Assembly (NCBI GenBank): GCA_963978095.1 | Contig: CAXBQP010000047.1 | Location: 1-24,791 of the forward strand | Origin: an uncultured bacterium | Lineage (GTDB): Bacteria > Gemmatimonadota > Gemmatimonadetes > Gemmatimonadales > Gemmatimonadaceae | DNA length: 24,791 bases | Direction of reading: 5' to 3' | Shown: positions 1-8,530 of the stretch, piece after piece | Layout of the letters: every line of letters starts with the position of its first letter | Numbering within the stretch: the first letter of the stretch is position 1 | Made by a program: the position numbers and the translations under genes | Notes under the pieces: model-generated | What the model saw: only the letters and a program-made list of their open reading frames with translations | Database searches by the model: none | Told to the model about the DNA's origin: nothing

Positions 1-534
1 AACCCGGTGACGGGCTCGACGGCGGCGGTGACGCTGACGCTGAGCACGGGGACGGGGACGCTGAGCGGGACGACGACAGTGAACGCGGTGAACGGGGTGG
101 CGACGTTCAGCGGGTTGAGCCTCAATCTGGCGGGGACGGACAAGGTGCTGACGGCGGCCAGCGGGGCGCTGACGACGGCGACGACGAGCCCGGCATTCAC
201 GATCACCGCGGGGGCGGCCGCCAAGGTGGCGTTCACCACGCAGCCCTCGGCGAGCACGGCGGCCGGCGTGGCCTTCGCGCAGCAGCCAGTCGTGACCATT
301 CAGGACGCGAACGGGAACCCGGTGACGGGCTCGACGGCGGCGGTGACGCTGACGCTGAGCACGGGGACGGGGACGCTGAGCGGGACGACGACGGTGAACG
401 CGGTGAACGGGGTGGCGACGTTCAGCGGGTTGAGCGTCAATCTGGCGGGGACGGACAAGGTGTTGACGGCGGCCAGCGGGGCGCTGACGACGGCGACGAC
501 GAGCCCGGCATTCACAATCACCGCGGGGGCGGCC
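1..534 (+). repeat. Intragenic tandem repeat, 315-bp period
   Basis: Bases 1-219 recur at 316-534 with 4 substitutions found by eye (acagtg/acggtg, ctcaat/gtcaat, gtgctg/gtgttg, acgatc/acaatc). Confidence 0.95.
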
Positions 535-2133
535 TCGGCGCTGACCTCAACAGTCGTGGCGAATCCGACTACCGTAGCCACGAACACCGGAACCAGCACG
601 CTCACCGTGCAGCTGAAGGACGCGAACGGGAACAACCTTTCGTCCAGCAGCGGCACCATCACCTTCGCGACGCCCGGCAGTGGTTCGATCACGGGTGTCA
701 CGAACAACAACAACGGTACCTGGACGGCCACGTACAACGCGGGCGCGACCGGTACCACGGTGACCATCCAGCCGAAGCTTGACGGTACGAACTTCACCAA
801 CACGGCGTCCGTGACGGTCTCGGCGCTCGCGCTCGCCATCAACACCCAACCGTCCGGTGCCTCGAGTGGTGCCGTCATGACCACGCAGCCGGCGGTTCAG
901 CTCAAGAACAATGGCGTGAATGACGCGACGGCTGGTGTGGTCGTCACGGCGGCGATTGCCACGCAGCCCGGAAGCGGCGCGATCCTGAAGCTGAGTCCCA
1001 CGGCTGCCACGGCAACGGCGACGACGGACATCAACGGGCTCGCCACCTTCAGCAACGCGGTGCTCGCGGGCGTCACCGGCAGTTACACCATCCAGTTCAC
1101 GGCGACGGCGTACGCGAGCGTGACCTCGAACACCGTCACGTTGTCGGCTGGTTCGCCGGCGAAGATTGCCTGGAGCGGACCCGATACCGCGGTGACCAAT
1201 GCCGTGACCGAACCGCTCACGATCACCCTGCAGGACTCCACGGGAAATACGGCGGTCTCGGCAGGAACGACGACGTTGAACCTGTCCAACAACGGGAGCG
1301 GAACGTTCTACTCCGATGCGGCGGGAACCTCGGTCATCACGTCGATCAATGTCACGAACGGCAACTCGACCGCCACGGTGTATTACAAGGAAACGGTCGG
1401 GTCAGCCACGACGCGCACGCTGACGGCTGCCGCCACTGGCCTCACGAGCGGAACGCATTCCTTGCACATCAAATCCGCGTCCACGGCCTCGCAGCGGTTG
1501 GTGTGCGTGACCAACGGCAATCCGAACAACTCCGCGAACAGCCTGAACCTGAAGGGATGCTCGGCGATCACCACGGGGACGGCGATCTACGCGGCCATCA
1601 GCGTTGCGGCAACGACGACCATCACGGCGCCTGCCGGCTGGACGCAGGTCGGTACGACGGTCCAGGGCACCGGGACCGGTTCTGAGGCCGTGTCGCTCGC
1701 GATCTTCAAGCATGTGGCGACGTCGGCGGCAGACACGGGCGGCTTCACCTTCAGTTGGACCGGAAACAAGAAGAACGTTGGGCAACTGGTGGCCTACAAG
1801 GACAGCGTAGTGAATGGCACCGTGACGACTGCCTCGAGCAGCACCGGCGCGACGACCGCCACCACGGGAAATGTGACGCCGACCACCGCGCCATCGACCG
1901 CGCTCTATTTCTTTGCCTTCAGCAACGGTGTGAACGGCGGAACGTGGACGACGACGCCGGACCTGTTCGTCGAAGGTACGGTGGCCGGCAACTCCAACTC
2001 GTCCACCGTCCTTGTCGCGGATATCGATCGAAAGACCCAAACGACGTTCCAAGGCCGCACGGCGGGGAACTCCGGGCTCAACGCGAGCACTGGCAGTGCG
2101 ACCATGGTGGTCGTGCTCGGACGGAACCCGTAG
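1..2133 (+). CDS. Large Ig-like (Big/invasin-type) repeat surface or secreted protein, 5'-partial
   Basis: Frame is open from base 1 to TAG at 2131-2133. Very T/A/S/G/N-rich. Contains 105-aa repeats (AFTTQPS...QPVVTIQDANGN...VNGVATFSGL) and an invasin/Big_1-like unit (STLTVQLKDANGN...VTNNNNGTWTATY), followed by a distinct C-terminal domain. The start lies upstream of the window. Confidence 0.85.
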   Translation, partial: NPVTGSTAAVTLTLSTGTGTLSGTTTVNAVNGVATFSGLSLNLAGTDKVLTAASGALTTATTSPAFTITAGAAAKVAFTTQPSASTAAGVAFAQQPVVTIQDANGNPVTGSTAAVTLTLSTGTGTLSGTTTVNAVNGVATFSGLSVNLAGTDKVLTAASGALTTATTSPAFTITAGAASALTSTVVANPTTVATNTGTSTLTVQLKDANGNNLSSSSGTITFATPGSGSITGVTNNNNGTWTATYNAGATGTTVTIQPKLDGTNFTNTASVTVSALALAINTQPSGASSGAVMTTQPAVQLKNNGVNDATAGVVVTAAIATQPGSGAILKLSPTAATATATTDINGLATFSNAVLAGVTGSYTIQFTATAYASVTSNTVTLSAGSPAKIAWSGPDTAVTNAVTEPLTITLQDSTGNTAVSAGTTTLNLSNNGSGTFYSDAAGTSVITSINVTNGNSTATVYYKETVGSATTRTLTAAATGLTSGTHSLHIKSASTASQRLVCVTNGNPNNSANSLNLKGCSAITTGTAIYAAISVAATTTITAPAGWTQVGTTVQGTGTGSEAVSLAIFKHVATSAADTGGFTFSWTGNKKNVGQLVAYKDSVVNGTVTTASSSTGATTATTGNVTPTTAPSTALYFFAFSNGVNGGTWTTTPDLFVEGTVAGNSNSSTVLVADIDRKTQTTFQGRTAGNSGLNASTGSATMVVVLGRNP

Positions 2134-2157
2134 CACGGCCCCTGCATCGCCGTACTT

Positions 2158-2199
2158 CCGGCCGCTGTTCTCGACGTGAGAGCAGCGGCCGGTTGTTAT
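2158..2199 (+). terminator. Probable intrinsic terminator after the surface-protein gene
   Basis: CCGGCCGCTGTTCTC-gacgt-GAGAGCAGCGGCCGG forms a 15-bp stem with one G-U pair, followed by TTGTTAT. Confidence 0.65.
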
Positions 2200-2284
2200 G
2201 TCGGCTCGGTATTCGTTCTTTCCGCGGGGCCAGTACGGGGGAAGCGACTGCCGCCCACTTTTGATAGATTCCCTAGCGTAGTCT

Positions 2285-2358
<74 letters not shown>

Positions 2359-2392
2359 CTTCCACCTTGCTTGCGCTTCCGGAGGAACGCTT

Positions 2393-2773
2393 ATGTCCAT
2401 CAAGATCACCATGCTGAGGCTGGCGGCTGTCGCACTGGCCTCACCCGCGATGTCGGGACCAGCGCCCGCCGCGCCGACGCTCCCGCTCCCGGGTACCAAT
2501 TCCTATCGGGTGGAAGTTACGACGGTTACCCGCGCCGATGGGCGAATGATCCTGGATGACCTCTATGCCGGGACGGAATCCAAACGGGCGTTCAGCGCGC
2601 CCACCGTCATGACGTCAGCCGCCACCAATCGCGTACAGCGCTGGAGCGTCAAGCGGGGACAGACGACCTTCACTGTCAACGGCATGACGTCGCTTCCTCC
2701 AGCGGTGGGCGACATATGCAACGTGCAGCTGTCGGCGCCGCCCGTTGCCGACAAAATGACCTGCGTACGCTAG
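2393..2773 (+). CDS. Hypothetical secreted protein (paralog A), 126 aa
   Basis: GGAGG Shine-Dalgarno upstream of ATG, signal-peptide-like N-terminus, and clear similarity to the next ORF including a C-terminal CN-x5-PP-x-ADK-x-TC motif. Confidence 0.85.
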   Translation: MSIKITMLRLAAVALASPAMSGPAPAAPTLPLPGTNSYRVEVTTVTRADGRMILDDLYAGTESKRAFSAPTVMTSAATNRVQRWSVKRGQTTFTVNGMTSLPPAVGDICNVQLSAPPVADKMTCVR

Positions 2774-2991
2774 CGAAATATCGGGCTCCCGCGGTCGCGG
2801 CTCGGGCCTTCGTTGAAGTGTGACCGTCGTCACCGCGATCGCGTGACCCGCGCCGCTGGCGCGGGCGGCGTGCAGGTGCCATCTTTTTGCCGTGGTGCGG
2901 GAAGGGAATAGGTCCTTCCGTACCCGCCGAGCGTTACCCGCCGGCGTTGCAGGCCAACGGGGGCGACCCCTACACTCGTGGAGACTGGTCG

Positions 2992-3342
2992 ATGCTGATC
3001 AAGATTGCTGCCGTCGCTGCTGTCGTCGGTTCCGCTGCGCTCGCTGCCCCATATGTGCTGCCGGTCCCCGGCGCGGGCGAAGTGCGCATTGAAGTCACGT
3101 CGTTGAAGGCGTTTACCCCTGACTCCGGTACGATCACCGGCGCCGAGACCGCGAAGGCGTGGGGACACGCGACCGCGAAGACCGGGGCCGCCTCGGGGCG
3201 CGTGACGACCTGGACCGTGACCAAGACGAAGACCACGAGCACGGTCAATGGCCTCGCCGGCAAGGCGGCGGTCGGTTATGTCTGCAACATGCACGTCACG
3301 ACCCCGCCGTTCGCCGACAAGGTCACCTGCGCCAACCCGTAA
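2992..3342 (+). CDS. Hypothetical secreted protein (paralog B), 116 aa
   Basis: GGAG upstream of ATG 2992 (MLIKIAAVAAVVGSAALA, signal-like). Homologous to 2393-2773. Confidence 0.85.
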   Translation: MLIKIAAVAAVVGSAALAAPYVLPVPGAGEVRIEVTSLKAFTPDSGTITGAETAKAWGHATAKTGAASGRVTTWTVTKTKTTSTVNGLAGKAAVGYVCNMHVTTPPFADKVTCANP

Positions 3343-3385
3343 GCGCGCGCGACGTCCGCTCGCCGTCCGTGCGGAGTCGGCGCTC

Positions 3386-3430
3386 CGGGGGCCACCGTCC
3401 ATGCAACGGTGGCCCCCGTTCGTTGTGTTT
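3386..3430 (+). terminator. Intrinsic terminator after paralog B
   Basis: Perfect 13-bp stem CGGGGGCCACCGT / ACGGTGGCCCCCG with a 7-nt loop, followed by TTCGTTGTGTTT. Confidence 0.75.
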
Positions 3431-3476
3431 CATACGTTCTCCCGCGGTGCACTACACCCAACGCTGGCGAGGTCTC

Positions 3477-3908
3477 ATGGTGAATCGAAATCGGATACTC
3501 GTTGTCCTCACTGCAACGGTCCTGGTCTCCGGCCAAGGCCTGACCCAAGGGGCTCCGCCGCGTCCGGCATCCGGCCGTTGGCAGGAGATCGGAAAAACGT
3601 CCACAGGGAATACCGTGCTTCTCGACGCGAAGAGCGTGAAGAAGGGAAAGGACGGGATCATCACCGCGACGATGCAGATGCCATACGCAAAACCCTACGA
3701 GACACCGCAGGGGAAAGTGGTCCTTTCCCGCGCCACCGCCAAGTTCGACTGTACCAAGCGCCAGATCGCCGTGCTGGAAAGCACGACGTTCAGTGACCTC
3801 GAGGGCGCGCACGTCATGAGCCACAGCGCACCCAAAATTCCCGGCTTCGGCACCGTATTCACCAGCAACTACTCGGGGGTCGCCCTGGGATATCTGTGCG
3901 CGCATTAG
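3477..3908 (+). CDS. Exported protein, surface-adhesin E-like family, 143 aa
   Basis: GAGG before ATG 3477 and a signal peptide. The pattern W-x-x-IG...LD-x-x-SV...FDC-x-x-R...C-terminal LC resembles Adhesin_E-like small proteins, recognised by pattern only. Confidence 0.65.
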   Translation: MVNRNRILVVLTATVLVSGQGLTQGAPPRPASGRWQEIGKTSTGNTVLLDAKSVKKGKDGIITATMQMPYAKPYETPQGKVVLSRATAKFDCTKRQIAVLESTTFSDLEGAHVMSHSAPKIPGFGTVFTSNYSGVALGYLCAH

Positions 3909-3938
3909 GGGGAGGGGTCGGGGAATCACCGACTTGAT

Positions 3939-3955
3939 ATACCCCTAGGGGGTAT
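3939..3955. promoter_or_regulatory. CsoR operator (type TAC-C/G tract-GTA) in the copA promoter
   Basis: Palindrome ATACCCC-TAG-GGGGTAT, flanked by TTGATA and an AT-rich tract, 32 bp upstream of copA, with csoR in the same operon. Confidence 0.85.
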
Positions 3956-3987
3956 TATTTATCCGGGATACACGCGAGGGTATCCGA

Positions 3988-6297
3988 ATGGCACGCGCGC
4001 TTCCCGTCATGGGCGCATCCAGCCCCCCAACACCGCCCGCCGCTCCCCAACGCGCCCCGTCGGCGACCGACGCGAGCGTTCGGCTGACCGTCTCCGGCAT
4101 GCACTGCGCGGCGTGCGTCGGGCGTGTGCAGGCGGCACTGGATGCCACACCCGGCGTCTCCGTGGCGGTGGTCAATCTGCTCACCAACTCGGCCACCATC
4201 GCCTACGACCCCGCCAAGGTCGCACCGCAGGCGATTGCAGACCGCATTTCGGCAACCGGCTACGCGGCGGAGCTCCCCCGTGCGGATGAATCCGCAGCCG
4301 ACGAGCAAGAACGCCAAGACGCCGCCCGAGACGCGGAATATCGCGACTACCGGAACAAGGGTGCCGTTGCACTCACGGTGGGCATGGGGATGATGGCCCT
4401 GCCCATGGGTGCATCGATGGACGGCTCTCGTGCCGCTTGGGGGATGCTCGCCGTCACCACGATCGTGATGCTGTGGGCGGGGCGCCACTTCTATATCCGC
4501 GCCTGGACGGCGGCTCGGCACGGCACAGCCGACATGAACACGCTCATCGCGATCGGAACGGGCGCCGCGTATCTCTCCTCGCTCGCCGCCACCGTGGCGC
4601 CGCACTGGTTCATGCGGGGTGGGGTGGCCCCCGATCTGTATTACGAGGCGGTCGTGGTGATCATCGCGTTGATTCTGGTGGGCAACGCGCTCGAAGCACG
4701 TGCCAAGGGGATCACCGCGCGCGCGCTCAAACGCCTCGTGGATCTCCAGCCGGCCACGGCACGCGTGAAGCGTGGGCCTGAAGAACTCGAAGTGCCGGTC
4801 GCGAGCGTTCGCCGCGGTGACGTCGTGAGTGTGCGACCCGGCGATCGAGTTCCCGTCGATGGGGAAATCCTCGTGGGGCGGAGTGCCATCGACGAATCCA
4901 TGCTTACCGGCGAGCCGATGCCCGTCGACAAGAGCCCTGGTGACTACGTCACCGGTGGGACGGTGAACCGATCGGGAGCGTTCGAGATGCGGGCGACGAC
5001 GGTCGGCGCAGATTCGACGTTGGCGCGCATCGTCGAGATGATGCGTGATGCGCAGGCCACACGTGCTCCCATCCAGCGACTGGCGGATCGCATCAGCGCG
5101 ATCTTCGTCCCGACCGTGCTGCTGATCGCGCTCATCACCTTCGGCACATGGTACGCCGTCGTCGGCAGCGACGGTCTCGTGCGCGCCCTCTCGGCGGCGG
5201 TCGCCGTGCTCGTCATTGCGTGCCCCTGCGCCATGGGATTGGCCGTGCCGACGGCGGTGATGGTCGCGACCGGCCGCGGAGCGGAACTCGGGATCCTCAT
5301 CAAAGGCGGGGCCGCGCTCGAGCGCGCCGCAGGTGTGACCACGGTGGTCTTCGACAAGACCGGAACCATCACGGCGGGAAAGCCGTCGGTGGTGCGCGTA
5401 TGCCCCGCTACTTCCGCGACGACCGAGGATGATGTGCTGCGCGTCGCGGCCATGCTCGAGAGCTGGTCGGAGCATCCGCTCGCCGCGGCCATCGTCGGGG
5501 CGGCCATGGTGGCTGGCGTTTCCTTCGAGAAGGCCGCCTCGTTTGAAGCGATTCCGGGGCAGGGGGCAATCGGTGTCGCCGACGGCGGTGCCGTTGCGGT
5601 TGGAAACTCCGTCCTGATGTCCGAGTGGGCCATCGACACCTCAGGCATGTCCGACGTGGCCGCACGGGAGAGTGCGGAGGGGCACACGGTCGTGTTCGTC
5701 GCGCGCAATGGCACACTCGTCGGCTTGCTAGCCCTCGCCGATCCCATCAAGAGCAGTGCGGCCGACGCAGTGCGTCGTCTGAAAGCCCAAGGGCTTCATG
5801 TCGTGATGCTCACCGGCGATCAGCGTTCGGCCGCTGATTCAATCGCGCGCGCTGCCGGCATCGCCGAGGTGGTCGCCGGCGTTTTGCCCGGGGGAAAACG
5901 CGATGAAATCTCGCGCCGCCAGAAGGCAGGGGAAGTCGTTGCGATGGTCGGCGACGGGATCAACGACGGACCGGCCCTGGCCCAAGCGGACGTGGGCATG
6001 GCGATCGGAACCGGAGCAGGGGTCGCCGTGGAGGCCGCGGATGTCACGTTGATGCGCCCAGATCTGGGCACGGTCGCCGACACGATCGCGCTATCGCGTG
6101 CCACGATGTCCACGATGCGGCAGAACCTGTTTTGGGCGTTCGCCTACAATGCCGTCGGAATTCCCGTGGCGGCCGGCGTGCTGTATCCCGCGTTCGGAGT
6201 GCTGCTGAGTCCGATCATCGCCAGTGGGGCCATGGCGATGAGTTCGGTGAGTGTGGTGACCAACAGTCTTCGTCTTCGGCGCGCGGTCGCGCGGTAA
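3988..6297 (+). CDS. copA: Copper(I)-translocating P1B-type ATPase
   Basis: N-terminal HMA domain GMHCAAC, TGE motif, CPC, DKTGT, SEHP, GDGIND, YN and MAMSS transmembrane Cu(I) ligands. Confidence 0.95.
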   Translation: MARALPVMGASSPPTPPAAPQRAPSATDASVRLTVSGMHCAACVGRVQAALDATPGVSVAVVNLLTNSATIAYDPAKVAPQAIADRISATGYAAELPRADESAADEQERQDAARDAEYRDYRNKGAVALTVGMGMMALPMGASMDGSRAAWGMLAVTTIVMLWAGRHFYIRAWTAARHGTADMNTLIAIGTGAAYLSSLAATVAPHWFMRGGVAPDLYYEAVVVIIALILVGNALEARAKGITARALKRLVDLQPATARVKRGPEELEVPVASVRRGDVVSVRPGDRVPVDGEILVGRSAIDESMLTGEPMPVDKSPGDYVTGGTVNRSGAFEMRATTVGADSTLARIVEMMRDAQATRAPIQRLADRISAIFVPTVLLIALITFGTWYAVVGSDGLVRALSAAVAVLVIACPCAMGLAVPTAVMVATGRGAELGILIKGGAALERAAGVTTVVFDKTGTITAGKPSVVRVCPATSATTEDDVLRVAAMLESWSEHPLAAAIVGAAMVAGVSFEKAASFEAIPGQGAIGVADGGAVAVGNSVLMSEWAIDTSGMSDVAARESAEGHTVVFVARNGTLVGLLALADPIKSSAADAVRRLKAQGLHVVMLTGDQRSAADSIARAAGIAEVVAGVLPGGKRDEISRRQKAGEVVAMVGDGINDGPALAQADVGMAIGTGAGVAVEAADVTLMRPDLGTVADTIALSRATMSTMRQNLFWAFAYNAVGIPVAAGVLYPAFGVLLSPIIASGAMAMSSVSVVTNSLRLRRAVAR

Positions 6298-6299
6298 TC

Positions 6300-6632
6300 A
6301 TGGGATCCGCCAAAAAGTCCGGGCCCAAGCGCACCGCATCGCATCGGCATGCGCCGCGGGGGAAATCCGCCGACACGGCCAAGAATCTCGCACGATTGAA
6401 GCGGATCGAGGGGCAGGTCCGCGGTATCGCCAACATGGTGAACGAGGGCCGGTATTGTGCGGAGATTCTCGTACAAATCTCGGCGGCGCAGGAGGCCCTG
6501 CGCGGCGTCGGCAAGGAGCTGATGCGGCATCATCTTCGGCACTGCGCGACGGAAGCCATGCGAGGCAGCCACGCCGAGGCGGAGGCCATGCACGAGGAGA
6601 TCCTGCGCTTGATGTACGCGAAAAACCGGTGA
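6300..6632 (+). CDS. csoR: CsoR/RcnR family copper-sensing repressor
   Basis: RLKRIEGQVRGI...RYC...HLRHC carries the C-H-C metal ligands. ATG at 6300 lies 2 nt after the copA stop. Confidence 0.93.
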   Translation: MGSAKKSGPKRTASHRHAPRGKSADTAKNLARLKRIEGQVRGIANMVNEGRYCAEILVQISAAQEALRGVGKELMRHHLRHCATEAMRGSHAEAEAMHEEILRLMYAKNR

Positions 6633-6798
6633 TCGGGCGGGGCTGGCCGGCACAGGGTGCTTGGCGGGGAGACTGCCGTTCACGCCCGGTCGTGATTAGC
6701 TTACGAGGTTACGCTGAAAACGCACAGAACCGCTCTCCGTGTCCGCCCGCCACCGCGCGGCCGTACGGTGGCGGACGGCTCTCAATACCAGACGACCG

Positions 6799-7461
6799 AT
6801 GACCAAGACCGGAGATGCGGCCAAGCCGCCGATGGATCTCGAACTGCATGCCGAATCGTTGCTGGACTCGGTGCGTGCGCGAAGCCGCGAGCTGAGCATC
6901 GCGGCCGTCGCGGTGGCACTCGCGGCCGGCGGGATTTACCTGTGGCAGCAGCAGAAGCACGCCAACGAGAACAAGGCAGAGCTGGCGCTGGCCAACCCGG
7001 CGTCGGCCTTCTTCCAGGGGAACACCGCGCTCGCGAAGGGTGACCTGCAGAAGCTCGTGGAGCGCTATCCGGACACTCCCGCCGGCGTGCAGGGCTTCAT
7101 GATGCTGGCCCAGGTACAGTTCCAGGATGGCAAGTACGACGAAGGGGTGCGAACGCTGCAGAAGGCGCAGGGGTCGGCTGCGGCCGGTCCGTTTGCGGCC
7201 TCGTTGCAGGCGTTGATCGGCGAGGGGCTTTTGGACGGCAAGAAGTATGTGGAGGCCGCCAAGGCATTCCAGGACGCCGCCGGCAAGACGACGTTCGCGG
7301 CCGACAAGGATGTCTACGCGGCGGATGCGGCCCGCGCCTTGACGCTGGCTGGCAAGGTGGAGGAGGCCAAGAAGCTCTGGTCGGAGCTTGCGTCCCGTCG
7401 TGAGTCTCCTGTTGTGGCCGAGGCTCGGGTTCGCCTTGGTGAGCTAGAGGGAAAGAAGTAA
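6799..7461 (+). CDS. Membrane-anchored tetratricopeptide-repeat protein, YfgM-like
   Basis: A single N-terminal TM (IAAVAVALAAGGIYLW) followed by TPR-like helices (LVERYPDTPAG...LAQVQF..GKYDEG). The start is uncertain (6799 or 6832). Confidence 0.75.
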   Translation: MTKTGDAAKPPMDLELHAESLLDSVRARSRELSIAAVAVALAAGGIYLWQQQKHANENKAELALANPASAFFQGNTALAKGDLQKLVERYPDTPAGVQGFMMLAQVQFQDGKYDEGVRTLQKAQGSAAAGPFAASLQALIGEGLLDGKKYVEAAKAFQDAAGKTTFAADKDVYAADAARALTLAGKVEEAKKLWSELASRRESPVVAEARVRLGELEGKK

Positions 7462-7591
7462 GGAGGTTGCGGAGCCGCCGGTCGTTGGCGGCGCCGCGAT
7501 TGCGGAACGATGGTGGTCGGCCCTCGGGTTCACGCGTGCGTGCCTCGGGGGCCATTGTCGTTTGGGGGATGGCTAGTCTTTGGAGGACATA

Positions 7592-7619
7592 ACTACGTAT
7601 AATATGTATTATGTAACAT
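7592..7619 (+). other. dif: dif-like XerC/XerD recombination site
   Basis: ACTACGTATAA-TATGTA-TTATGTAACAT has an 11-6-11 architecture. It matches B. subtilis dif at 22/28 and E. coli dif at 20/28 (both as I recall them). It is an AT-rich island in a GC-rich intergenic region between convergent gene blocks. Confidence 0.8.
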
Positions 7620-7705
7620 TAGGCCGTGGAGAACTGTGGAAATCCCCGCATCACCCTCATGTTCGACCATTCAGGGCGCCTTTCGAGCCCCGGCCGCTCG
7701 GTTGA

Positions 7706-8530
7706 TCAGATTTCCGCGAGCTGGCCCGTGAACACCACCCGCGCTTCACCCCGGAGTGACGGATGGATGGCGCCGTCCGCTCGACGCAAGGAAACGGTCA
7801 GCGTCTTGCCGGATCGTGTCAGGAGCCGGACTTCCGGGCCGCAGACGCCCCACGACTCGAGCAAGATGGCGGCTGCCACGGCTCCGGTGCCGCAGGCCAA
7901 GGTCTCCCCCTCCACGCCGCGCTCGAAGGTCCGGATCGAGAAGTTGTCATCGCCAATCGGCGCCACGAAGTTCACATTCGCTCCGGCGCTGAGGCTGGGA
8001 TGGTGACGGAGTGCCGCGCCGCGCCCGAGGACATCGACCTGTGTCGTATCTTCCACCAGGACAACGACATGCGGCACGCCAGTATTGGAGAATCCCAGGC
8101 GCAGCTCTTCCGGAGCCGGCGGGATCGCCGGGTAGTCCGGGGCCACAATCGCCGGCGGCTGAAGGTCGATTTGCGGCTCCCCGTCGACGAATCGTGCCGT
8201 AATCGCGCCAGCGTCGGTCGCGAAGGCAAACTCGCCTTCTCCAACAATCCCGAGCTCGACCGCGAGCCTGGTGCTGCACAGCGAGGCATTGCCACAGAGC
8301 TCGCCGAGGCTCCCATCTCGGTTGAAGTAACGAATCCTAAAGTCTTGTTCTGTATCGGGTTGAATGAAGACAACTCCATCAGAACCTACGCCCGTTGCGC
8401 GTGCGCAAATCCGGTCGATGGTCGCGGGGTCCGATATATCGGAAATGGGTGAGACGCGCGCGTCGAAGAAAAGGAAATCGTTCCCCGACCCACTCATCTT
8501 CCAAAACGGGTGCCCGTGGGGGATGCTCAC
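7706..8530 (-). CDS. dapF: Diaminopimelate epimerase
   Basis: Motifs KMSGSGNDF, GVGSDG, NRDGS..ELCGN, TGVPH, ANVNF, RTFERGVEGETLACGTG. GTG start at 8530 overlaps the upstream stop (GTGA). Confidence 0.95.
   Translation of the reverse strand: MSIPHGHPFWKMSGSGNDFLFFDARVSPISDISDPATIDRICARATGVGSDGVVFIQPDTEQDFRIRYFNRDGSLGELCGNASLCSTRLAVELGIVGEGEFAFATDAGAITARFVDGEPQIDLQPPAIVAPDYPAIPPAPEELRLGFSNTGVPHVVVLVEDTTQVDVLGRGAALRHHPSLSAGANVNFVAPIGDDNFSIRTFERGVEGETLACGTGAVAAAILLESWGVCGPEVRLLTRSGKTLTVSLRRADGAIHPSLRGEARVVFTGQLAEI

Noticed and set aside
1..534. CRISPR-like or non-coding repeat array
   Set aside because: The period is 315 bp, in frame and coding, with no spacers and no cas genes.
2856..2876. 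Sigma-54 (-24/-12) promoter upstream of paralog B (TGGC...TGC)
   Set aside because: The GG-to-GC spacing is 12 nt rather than the required 10.
7589..7622. loxP-like site: ATAACTACGTATA matches the loxP arm ATAACTTCGTATA at 12/13
   Set aside because: The second arm after an 8-nt spacer (TATGTAACATTAG) does not match TATACGAAGTTAT. The 11-6-11 dif interpretation fits better and no vector sequence is present.
7626..8006. 126-aa + strand ORF beside the dif-like site
   Set aside because: Mostly antisense to dapF, with no recognisable motif or compositional support.
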